DNA from: a bacterium
GTDB lineage: Bacteria; Bacteroidota; Ignavibacteria; UBA10030
NCBI GenBank assembly: GCA_043803945.1
Contig: JAZDJN010000097.1
Span: 1-13,956 of the forward strand
Direction of reading: 5' to 3'
Length of the DNA stretch: 13,956 bases
Shown here: positions 1 to 12,100 of the stretch, piece after piece
How positions within the stretch are numbered: position 1 is the first letter of the stretch
Layout: each line of letters starts with the position of its first letter
Notes under the pieces: generated by a model
Databases searched by the model: none
Seen by the model: only the letters and a program-made list of their open reading frames with translations
What the model was told of the DNA's origin: nothing
Translations under genes and position numbers: made by a program

Positions 1-124
1 ACTCGTGATGCCAACGAGTGAGCTTAAGGCGTAGATGCCGTTTGTCTGATAGTTCACTCCCGGTCCGCTCTGGTAGGTTACAGTTGCTGGATATTCCTTT
101 CCTGCCTGTCCATCCCAGATCTTG
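1..124. repeat. Terminal direct repeat, copy 1 (124 bp)
   Basis: actcgtgatgccaac...catcccagatcttg is identical to 13833-13956. Confidence 0.98.
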
Positions 125-3100
125 AACTGGATGAGCTCGCCATCATCAAAACCATCCTTCAATGGTGTCTGATCATTATCGCCCCAGACTGCAACAGCGG
201 CATTTTGTCCTTCCTGCCAGATACTGTAACCGCCACAGACCAGAGTGTTATCGCGCTGGAAGAAAACACCGATGGCATCGCCGGTTTTTAGCGGCGTTGC
301 AGCAATCTTCGGATTGATTGCAAACGGAATTGCAATCGTGGCATTCTTTCCGGTGGAGAGTGCAAAGTTCCAGGAAGCAGGCGGTGGAACAATTGATCCA
401 CCATTAAAGAATGTTGTGACTTCATCAACGGCAGAGCGGAGCGCCGTAATGCTATTGATATTGGAGGTTCCCTGCGCGATGACAATCGCAATGACCACCT
501 CTGCAGAATCACCGGCGGTGAGATTAAATGGACCACAACTGATGAGTAATCTTCTGTCGTTTGGACCCGCGTCGATCCAGCCTGTGTTCGTCACTGGATC
601 TCCATTGACAGGATATGTTGTCACCTGTGATGTTGTCGGATCGACATGGCTGCTGCCGTCGATTCGTTTCCCCTGAAGTTCGTTATAGAACTGCTGGGCG
701 TTATTCGGATCAACCAATGGTGCCACACCTGCAGCATTGTAGCCAACTGCCTTCATAGGATTGCCGGTAACAGGACCTTTCAGATAGACGAAGCCCACAG
801 CAGGCGGAGCGGATCCGTAGGAGGTATCCGTTGGTGCACCATTATAGACATACGCAAGGTTTCTATTGATATCGCAGGCAACAAAATCATCGTAGGGATT
901 GCCAAGATCCGGATCGTTCCAGAAACCTGCATAGGCATTTGTCCATGCCTGCGCACCTTTGTTATAGATTCTATATTTGATGAAGAGTGTGTTCTTCAAC
1001 GCATCGGTGGAATTGAATCCGTATGATGTCTGACGGACCTCAGCACCGATCGGCATGGAGCCGTAACTGTGATTCCCGACATTCAAATCATTGTAGACGG
1101 TATAGAGCGTTTGATCTCCAATTATCTTTGGTGAGCCGTCGGTATTGACAGGTGCACCAAGGTCAGCCGGCCACTGGGCATAGTCCGGATTACTTGCATT
1201 GTCACCCTTTGAAATCTTATACATCCGGTACTTTGCATTATTTGGATCCACAGGTGTACTGCCAGTGGCAGTGCCTGCCTGGAAATCGGAGCGATAGTAT
1301 GCCACACCGGAAGCTGTTGTACCTCCGACTTGTCCGGCCAGCCATAATCCCGCCTGATACACTGCCCTCTTACCACTGCCTTTGGGCCACTCGAGAAGCG
1401 GGCCATTGGTGAACGCTTCTGTAACGAATCCCGCGCGCTTTAATGGTGTCCTGATGTTGTTGCCATCAAAATATTTCCGCGCGAGTACAGTGCCCGTACA
1501 GGGTATTGTATTCGGAGAGGATGGTGCATTAGAATGAAATTCAATCGGAGAAACCAATGCTCCCTCTGGTGTCAGCAATGCATAGACAATATGCTGTCGA
1601 TTCTGGCCTGCGGGGACTAAGAACATACCGGTTGGGCTGTGTCCAACCAGCGTGCCGGTACCACTGTTCGTCAGAGTTACACCGTGTGAGCGCTGTTCTC
1701 CCATTTCATATATTCCAAAATCCACGCTCGTTGGAGCGATCGACAACGTTGGGGGTCCACCCGGATCAAACGGGGAGAACAGTTCTGTCTTTGCGTTAGA
1801 CCGGTATTGTGCACTATCAGCAAGCACACCTCCATAATTTGGTGTATAGCTTAAGTTCGGTGGATTGTTTTCTTCAAACTTCCAGTAACTTATCAGCCCC
1901 TGTTCAAGTGAGGGGAATTCTATCCCATTTATAGCATTCTGAATTTCTGTTTGAGTGCGGGCCCTGCTCCATTGGCGCACCTCATCAATAAATCCATAGA
2001 ATGGCTTATCGACAGCGGGAAGAATATTGATCCCGATTCTGGATTCTCCCAGTGCGGGCAGCGACGCGGTGGCCGCAACCTTGTTCGCTTCAACGCCATT
2101 GACATAGACTTTGAGCGTATCACCGGAAAAGACACCGGCAACATGCGTCCAGCCGCGCAATGGAATTGTAGTCGCTCCACTATTTACTCCGACGACACTT
2201 CCGGGTGTTCCGCTCGAAACAAGAAATTCTAACTTGGGTAGTTCGCCTGCCGCGTAGCGGTGTAATTGAAGCGACATGGCCAGGTATGGATCCGTTCCGG
2301 CAGATGTGAAGCGCCGGTAAATAATCGCTTCATCGGCACCCATCAGCACCGGGCAGATCCATGCTTCCATTGTCCGTCGATTGCCTGGAGTTGCAAAGAC
2401 ATCAGTACTACGAACATTGCTATTCGGCCAGAGTTGAACGGAACGACTGCCGGTGCGCGAGACGGGTTTTGCACTTACTTCATTCCACGAAATACTCTCA
2501 CGTAAATCTGTTTCAACAATCGTTATCCGATAATAATACTGCACTCCATTTGTCAGACCAGTGAAATAGCGGGAGGTTTCATTCGGTGTGCTAATGGAAT
2601 CAATAAGCGTGGTCGGATTCGGCGATGTTCCTCCATAAATGCGAAACCGTAAGAATCTCTCAGGTTGTGATGAGCTATTCCACAATAAGTATATTCTACC
2701 GTCACCGGGGTGCGCCTGCACCTGTCGCACAACCGCCGGCAAACGTTCTGATCGCACAAACATCTGAACAACAGGTCCATCGAAATTAAAGCAGCCAACG
2801 TAGCACGTATCGCCGGTTGGACTGAATGCGATGCCGCGTGGACGTTGCTGCTCCGTTCCCGGAATCATATTCCAGCCGATGGTATCGACGATCTGTTTAG
2901 TCACCGGATTGAATGCATACCAGGTCTGTTTAGTATAGGGCGGAACCGGAGGATTGAATTCCGAACCGGAACTCACCCAGATATAACCAGTAACCGGATG
3001 CCGTGTCATCGACTCGATTGCGAGCCCACTGAATAGATTCTCCATGTTCGAATACGGACCGGCGGCACCGTTGTCGCTGTGATATCTGATCAGCGCTTTA

Positions 3101-6100
3101 GTGTTTTGATACTCCGGCCAGAAAACATCTTTCCCATCTCTTGTTACTCCGATGGATCTTGAATAGCCGGTGGAGAAACCAGCGACATTACCCAGAGTGT
3201 TGAACCCTGCATCGAATACCTGTATTGGATTATTAGGATTGACTTTCCCTACAAAAATATTTCCAAACGTGTCTGTTGCGGCTGCTGTCAAGACTTGATT
3301 AGGTTGCGGAATAACTTTGTTAAGCCCCTGACCTGTTTTGTAATCAATGCGATATAAAATGTGGTTGGCAGAATAGAGGATGTTTCCCTGATGATCCGTT
3401 GTGAGGCCGCGGCTGGTGTTATAGAGAGTATCAGTTATTCCGCCAACAGTAATCATCTTTATAGGTGAGAATGATGCTTGTGTGCCATTCGGGTAGAAGA
3501 CATACAGGACCCGAGTTTTGCGATACCCTGTTCCTGTAAGTAAACTATCAGAGGCATTAAACGGAGTGATCCAGACTTTCCCTTCCGGATCCACAGCAAG
3601 ACCGTGGATACCACCTGAACCGATTGTTGAATTGAAGAATGTCTTCACAAATTGCCATCCCAGTACGACCGGCGGCGGCAAGATAGCTTGTGTCGTGAAA
3701 CTATTGACGGGCGACCAGGCACTTGTTCCCGCACTGTTTGTCGCATTCACTCTCCAATAGTATGTTGTACCTCCTCCGAAAGTTACTGTAATTCCAGTAC
3801 CGATCAGGTTCGACTGATCATAAACAGTTGATGAAAAATCCTGAATAGTGGAGACCTGAATTCGATACGACTGTGCACCCGTTGATGCGTTCCAGATAAT
3901 CGATATTGGAATAAGAACGCCGCTTGCACCATTTGAAGGTAATGAAAGTGTTGGCGGTGCTGGGATTCCCGATGCCTTCGCATAACTCATCGTTTCGAAG
4001 CCCGTCGAGTCAACAGCTCCGACACGGTACACATAGATTGTCCCTGCAATTACTCCGGTGTTTGCATAACTTGTTTGCGTCGTAGAATCGATCAGCGTCA
4101 CATTGATGGAATCGATTCCTCTATAGATGCGATACCTGAGGAGACCAGTCCTGCCGCCAGCATCCTGCCAGGTAAGATTGACTGTCGTACCATTCGTAGA
4201 TGCAGTGAGATTTTGCGGAGGCAGATGCAAATTGAACTCCTGTGGTGTGCGGGCAATGTTCGAAAGACGCATTTCATCGATGATTCCCTTGAACCATTGG
4301 TCACCATGTGTACCGATCGTAATCCGTGAGTTTGTTGAGGCAATCGTACCCGGCCATGAACGCATTGCCACCAACAGACCATTAATATAGACCTTTTGAT
4401 CCACGCCATCGTACACTGCTGCAACATGAACCCACCGGTTGACCGGCATGGAAAAACTCAATGCATTATTTTCACTGCCATCACGCGAGATGAAAAATGC
4501 ATTTCTGTGCATATCCCAGGCAATTGGTCCATCATAGCGGGCAGCCCAGCCGCCGGCGCCTTCGTCATACACCCACGCTTCGATGGTGATTGCATTTCGT
4601 ATGTCGAGCGTCGGTGAGTTTGGTACTTCAACCAAATCTCCGGTTCCATTGTACCAGCGGGCAGCCCCAAACCGGCCATTGACGATTGTGGTTCCGGTGG
4701 CAACGCCATGATTGCTATTCCCACTTGCATCAGTTACCGTGGAACCGCCTGTCTCGTTCATATGCATGAGCAGCATCGTGTTGGCATCCGTTTTGTATTC
4801 ACCCAACAAGGTTGGGATCTCCCCCGCAGCGAGTGAATTCTCCGTTGTCCCCAATGCTCGCGCAAGAGCAACATATACCGTTCCGCCATTAGGTATAGTT
4901 GTTACCCTCACTGTATCGGATGAGATCAACCGTGGCAGACTATCGAGGGCCGTGGTATATGGTACAATGCTTGGCCCAATCCCTATCCAGGTCGATCTGG
5001 AATTTTCAGAGAGTGCGACACGCAGGTTTTGATTATTTGCTGCGACACCATCATTCAATCCATAACTTGGAGAGAACTGATCGAAGGACATTTGTGCTGC
5101 ACCGACGCCACCCTGCATGTATTGAACCTTGTAAAATCGAACTGCCGATACTTTATCGATACCATTTGAAAACGTACTACTCCCAGTATTAGCATTACCA
5201 AAGAGAGCGGTTACTAACACATGATGGCCGGTTGCCGTTCCCGGAGTTGTAGAGCGAACCTGGACTGGACGATAGCCATATTCATCTCCCACAGGGAATA
5301 ATCTTGTAATATAACTTCCGCCATTTGTCATTCCCCGCCCCATCGTGCCAAGCACATAGCTTGAATCAGAGCCGCCTAGAATCGAACCGCCTGTGAAGAG
5401 TAGCACGATCGCATTGCCGCCTGTTTCCACAATGCCATGTGTTAATTCAAGAAACGATGTTGCATTCAATGGTGAAGCGGAGTTTCCTGTTCCCATGTAG
5501 ATAGTACTCAGAAGCTTCAACCGTGCAGTGCCGGATTTGTTAATGATAATCCCGCTGAATTCGTTTGTACTTGTCCACCCTGAGCCTGCCACATAGGCCG
5601 TGGTAGTCGTATTGCCGGCAAATGTTATATTGCAGACACTCAGAGTACTATTGGAAGAGCCTGAGCGGAAGTCGATGAATCCAGAAGACTGCAAATTTCC
5701 CATCAACATTAGTGTATGTACAAGATTTCCACCTGGGGCTCCAACACTTCCGATCGTTCTGAAAGAAGCACCATTATTGATTGTAATGTCACCATTGACT
5801 ATGCAATTGACCAGTGTCGCCGCATTGAAGAACAGGCTGCCGGAGTTGCCCCCTCCTACCGTCAGCTTACCAATCGTAAAATTCTGATCAATGGTAACTG
5901 TATCATTATCCATGATGAGTACACAGTCCGTTGATACCGGTACAGTGCCGCCAATCCATGTCGTCGGCTGACTCCAGAGCCCTTTAAGACCAGAGGAGAT
6001 CACAAGTCCCGATTGCGCTGTCGCAGCAACCGCATAACTCATCGCTCCCTCAAAACCAAGAGTATCAACTGAACTGATCCGGTAAAAGTACTTGGTGCCC

Positions 6101-9100
6101 AGTGTTAGACCTGTTGAATTCAGATACGAAGTTGTGTTCGTGGAATCGATGAGTTGCAGCGTCGTTGAGTCGGTACCACGATAAATTTTATATCGCAGCA
6201 AACCAATTCCTCCTCCATCATCCTGCCAACTAAGGTAAATCTTCGTACCACTGGCAGAAGCAAGCAGATTTTTTGGAGGCAGATGCAGACTAAATTCCTG
6301 AGGTGAACGCACTCTATTCGAGAGACGCACTTCGTCGATCAGTCCATTATGGAAGTATGTGTTCATTCCCTGGCCGACCTTCGTATTCTCAGAACTGATT
6401 GAAGCAGGTGTAAGCCCCGAGACATTTTTATTAAAGACCTGCAAGCCGTTGAGATAACCAATAATTCTCCCGTTCGCATAATCATAGATTCCAGCACAGT
6501 GGACCCAAGTATTCAAGGGGACAACGACCTGAGAGGAGTCGTAGCGATTGGTTCCGTCAGACATCCGAACCCCCATTTGAAGCTTACCCCGCTGACTGAT
6601 AGAGACAAATGTCTGCATTGATGTCCCATTAAAGAGAATATCACCGGCAGGAGTTGGATAGTAATCCATCTTAATCCACGATTCAAATGTAAAGGTCGGT
6701 GCCGAAGCGGAGAGCAATGACTTTCCAAGATCGATGCCGTCGCTTGTGCCATTAAAAGATCTGGCTTTCCCAAATCTTCCATCCACGATTATCGTACCCG
6801 TCGCAGTACCATTGTTGCCGTTACCGCTTGCATCACCTACACTTGATCCGCTCGTTTCATTCATATGGAACAAGAGAGTGGTGTTCGCATCGGATCTGTA
6901 CTCACCTGCTAATAACGGCGGAGGAGGAGGCAGAATGCTGCTTCGAACAAACATCTGAACAGAAGCATTATCGCTATAGAAACAGGCAACATACGCTGTG
7001 TCACCGGTGGGTGAAAAAGCGATGCCGCGGGGGCGTGATTGTTCCGTTCCGAACACCGGATTCCAGCCGATGGTGTCAACAATCTGTTTTGTACTAGGAT
7101 TAAATCCATACCACGTTTGCTTTGTCCACGGTGGCACGGGAGGATTCGTTGCCGAACCCGAACTGACCCATAGCAATCCTGTGGTATTTTGCCACGTAAT
7201 AGACTCAATAGCCAAACCGGTGAGCATGCTGTCGGCAAGCGAATAGGGTCCGCCAATACTATTGTCGCTATGATACTTATAGAGTTTCTTGTTCGAATAC
7301 TCCGGCCAGTAAACATCGCGGCCATCCATTGAGACCTCGATTGCCCTTGAGTATCCTGTCGTTGTGCTGGTGACATTCCCCAGAGAATTGAATGCAGAAT
7401 TAAATATTTGGATCGGATACCCGGGGAGCACTTTGCCGACAAACAAATTGCCGGCGGCATCTGACGCTGAAGAAGTGATTGTCACATTTGGCTGCGGAAT
7501 GACTTTGTTCATTCCCTGACCGGTTTTATAATCGATCTTATAAACCGCATCAAATGAGGAGAAGAGAATATTCCCCTGATGATCCGTGGACAGGCCGCGG
7601 CTCGAGTTATACAGAGTGTCGGTCACGCTGTTGACGGTAATCATTTTAATTGGAGAAAATGTCGCCGGTGTACTATTTGGATAGAGTACATAGATTGCCC
7701 GTGTCTTCCGATACATTGTTCCTGTAAAGACACTGTCCGACGGATTATAGGGAATGATCCAGACTTTGCCATCGGGATCAACCGCAACACCATGGACACC
7801 CATTCCTCCCATGCCGCTAAAGAATTGACGTGCGAATGTCCACTGAGATGATATCGGAGGTGAAAGAATTTGCTGCGTGACAAAGCTGGAGACTGTTGAC
7901 CATGCGCTCGTACCGCCGGCACTGCTGGCATTGACTCTCCAATAATAAGTCGTGTTCCCGGCAAGGTCGTAGACTTCAAACTGTGTCCCTGTGTAACCGC
8001 TCTGATCAAAAATGAGTGAAGAAAAATCTGCCGCCGCTGAAACCTGGAATCGATAGAACGAAGCACCACTCGAAGGATTCCAAGCAATTTTTCCAGGCAG
8101 CAGGAAACCTCCAGTGCCATTTTCGGGGGCAACAAGTGTTGGCGCTGGCGGGATTACCATCGGTGTGGCACTTGCCATAGCCAGGTAATCAAACTCTTCA
8201 AGGGCTGCATTATCAGCCGTTACGCGGAAGAACTTAAGAGTTCCGTTTTCCAAACCCGTTATGAGTTTTGTCGTGTCATCGATAGCGCTCGTATAGTCGT
8301 CCTGACCCATCAAGTTGGGTAAAATTCCTTTATAAATTCGATAGCGCAGGAAGTTCGAGATCTTTGCGCGGTCCCAGCTCAGACGGACATTCCCGTCACC
8401 CGCAACAGCCAACAGGTTGAGTGGAGTATATTGAAGATTGAACTCCGCCGGCGTGCGGGCAATATTTGAAATACGCACTTCGTCGATAACAGTGCCGGAG
8501 AATCCCTGACCGATCCGGAGCGGAGAGCTGTTTGCACAGCTTCCCACACCATTAAAGGTTTGTTCACCCTCTTTTATTCCATCAATATAAAATGCATAGG
8601 TATAACCATTCTTCACGACAGCCACATGATGCCATCGTGTTTCATCGATTCTCGAGTTCGAACTAATATTCTTTACTCCTGTACTCCCATCGCTGAAGGT
8701 AAACACAAGCCGGCCGTCGGGCTGTAGCATATTCTGAAAGAGTTTGAAGCCGGGAATCGCAGGAGACTCATTTTCCCATTTATAGAATAAGAAGGGCTGA
8801 TTGGTAACCGTCGAGGACTTGATCCTCATCTCGATTGTGAAATTGGTGTTGCCAATATTTAACGACGTTGAAGCGGGAACGTTAATCATATTACCGGAGG
8901 TAAAGATTCTTGCTTTTCCAAAAGCACCCGTGCCGATGTACGTTCCGGTTGCCGTTCCGTTGTTACTCAAACCGCTTGCATCAACAGCAGTAGTTCCTGT
9001 CGATTCATTCAGATGGAGTAACAGCACCGTATTCGCATCGGTTGAATATTCCCCCAGCAATGTTGGGGGTGGAGTGCAGGGTTGATCGTTCCACCATTTC

Positions 9101-12100
9101 CAGTAGAGCGTGGTATCTTTTGGACTGGCACTCGCCGGGAGAATACGATTAGTTATTGATTCTGTGGCGGAGACATTCGCTAAAGGATCATTCGAATCGA
9201 TGATGACAAACTTGTACTCAATATTTGATGCAAATGCCGTAACCGGAAATCGAACTGAGCCTGACCAGAAGTTTGTACCATCGTACGGAGTTGCTCCATT
9301 TCCATGAGGTGACTCCTTCGTAAGAATAATTGTTTTTCCCCAATCTAAAGGAAGTGTACTACCCCGTATACCCACCAGTTGATTTGATTGGGTGAATCCC
9401 TGGGCTTGCATATTTACGCGGAAGAGGACATCAATCGAGTCGGGTTGATCGATATAGGGTTTCCAGTACTGCGGTTGAGGTGTGCGACCGTTAACATACT
9501 CGAGTGGAAGAGTCGTATCTGAATTGCCGACGACGAGAAATCTGTTGGGGCCCCAGAGTGGAGGAGTCTGCAGAATGCTGTTCTCCCATCCCTTGTTTTC
9601 CTCACCCACGGATAAAGAACTCTTCACATTGGTAAAGTACTTATATTGCAGTGAATCGCCCGGTTTCAGTTTTATCGTCGCTCTCCAGTAATCGCCGCCG
9701 ATGTTCGTCATAATGCCCTGCGATGTTACATCCCATGGTCCCAGGAACGGGGCAGTACCGCGAATTTGCACAAAAGAGTTCAACTTGATGGTATCTGGAA
9801 CAGTCGACGTGTTTGCAGTGAAGGTAACAAGAACCGAGTCACTGATGGTTACCTTTGTAGCGTAACTCAAGGCTCCTTCAAATGCAGTGACATCCACAGA
9901 ACTGACACGATAATAATACGTAGCGTGCAGAGTGAGACCTGTATTCGTGTAAGTCAATTGAGTTGTTGAATCAATTAACGTCATGGAGAGCGAATCCGCT
10001 CCTCGATAAATCTTATACCGCAAGAGACCAACAGAACCACCGCCATTCTCCCAACTCAAATTACTTGTTGTCCCCGTGAATGTTCCAGAAAGATTCTTCG
10101 GTGGTAATTGGAGATTGAACTCTTGTGGCGAGCGAGCGACTTTGGAAATGCGAACTTCATCGAGAATGCCAGCAGCTGTTCCTAAGACCAAGCTTCCATC
10201 ATTATCCGGGCTTCCTTGAGTCAGAATAGGAACAATGGTATCCAATGCCCCATCGATGTAGAGCAACATCGACGTTTGCGTCAGGACGGCTGCAAGGTGA
10301 TGCCAGCGTCCATCATTAATGAGCCGACTGCTGAACAGCCCGGTGTTTCCTTGATCGCCTAGGAGAGTACCATTATTATAAACCGACACGCAAACGCGCC
10401 CATCTGCTTGTGCAGTCATAAACCATCCACGGCCGTTGCTTCCTCTTTTATGAATGATTGATCCGCCCACATTAGGCAAGCCGAGAGTATTAAACCAGGT
10501 TTCCAGTGTGTATGCGCCTGTACCTACATTGAGAGAGGGTGAATGCGGAATGCTGAATCCCTCTCCGGATACACTAAAACGACGTCCTTTACCCCATCGT
10601 CCATCTTCGATTGTCGAACCCGTGACTCCGTTATTGCCAAAGCCACTCACATCGGCAACGTTCGAGCCGCTCGTCTCATTCATATGCAGAAGGAGTACAG
10701 TATTCCCATCCGGGACATACTCACCTAACAATGGAGTGCTGTACGGTGTGGCAGAGACTTCATAGGAGTACTGACTCTCACCCAACGCGGTTACCGCTGT
10801 CACGCGCAGATAATATCTGGTAGCGTTGAGGAGACTTGAAATAATCTTTGTTGTATCTGTAATTCCGCCACTGACAGTTTCTATCAATGTTGTCGGGTGT
10901 GGAGAGGTACCGCCATAAATTTTATAGCTCTGAAAATTAGGATCATCGCTTTTTCTCCAGGTGATCGTCACCTGGTTATTGCCGGCGAATGCGATAGGAT
11001 TGCGCGGTGCACCTGGTTTATTAGTTAAGAACGCAGCGTTTCGATCACCAACAGCGAATCCCTGAGTCTCAGAGAGGAATGAGAGATACCGGAAATCTCC
11101 ATTGCTGTAGGTTGAGAACACATAGGCCCACGTGACACCGTTGTCCGTTGATTTCCAAATCTTTGCATCTGTAGAACCGCGCCCGGCAGCATAAACGATG
11201 TTTGTTCCCCGAATAGGTTTCACCGCAAACGTTCTTGCTTCAGCATGATTGATACCCGGCTGCACACTGATTGTATCGCTCCAGGTCTGTCCCCCATCGG
11301 TAGTTTTGATGAGGTAATTGTCAGTGTTTGGTGCAGAACCGGCTCGAACACAGATTCCATACCCAAAAAGGGAATCACGGAAACTGATTGCATGGAAGCG
11401 ATAGTTAAAAGCAGAACCGGTCGGCAGTGTGACTGAAGTGAATTGCCATGTCTCTCCCTTATCACTGGTTCTGAGAATAGCAGGATTGACTCCCGGTCCT
11501 TGATAGAGTGTGAGCCATGCATGGTTTCCATATACATCAAGGGGCTGGCCATACGAGAGGAAGCTGACCCAGTAATTTGGGGTCTTTGCCTCGTTGGGAA
11601 GATTGGTCAAACGCTGCCAGGTGAGTCCCGCATCCGTGCTCCGGGCGACGAAGAGGCCAGAGCCGTCCGAATCTCCAAGAGCGAGGACGGTGTCATTCCC
11701 CATGAACTTAATACCGTCAATAAATCCCGTTCCCGGTGTCGGATATGTACAGACAAGCGTCCAATGCGCTCCACCATCGGTGGTTCGATAAATATCACCA
11801 AAGGCCGTCCCGACAAGAGCGATGTTAGCATCGCGGGCAGCAATGTTGGTGATGCCGCAGCTCGTTCTCCCATAGAGGTCCATGAGGGAAAATTTTGTCC
11901 ATGTCACTCCATGATCTGTCGATCGAAATCCGTAATGAGTTGGTGCATACGGACTTGGACATCCAACAAGCCAGACAGTCCCATCTGGTAGATAATCCAC
12001 ACTCCTGAAAAAACTTGTGGCGGTCTCAATATCAACAGTAGTCCAATTGAGATTATCCACGGTCCCAAAAATACTTGAGGCGGTTTTGACATCAACCGTT

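Noticed and set aside
11030-12050. Sialidase call for the Asp-box propeller
   Set aside because: Asp boxes occur in many non-catalytic propellers, and no (F/Y)RIP motif was seen.
245-12095. Dozens of 60-183 aa ORFs in the supplied track on both strands
   Set aside because: All overlap the giant minus-strand ORF as antisense or off-frame shadows and show no recognisable motifs.
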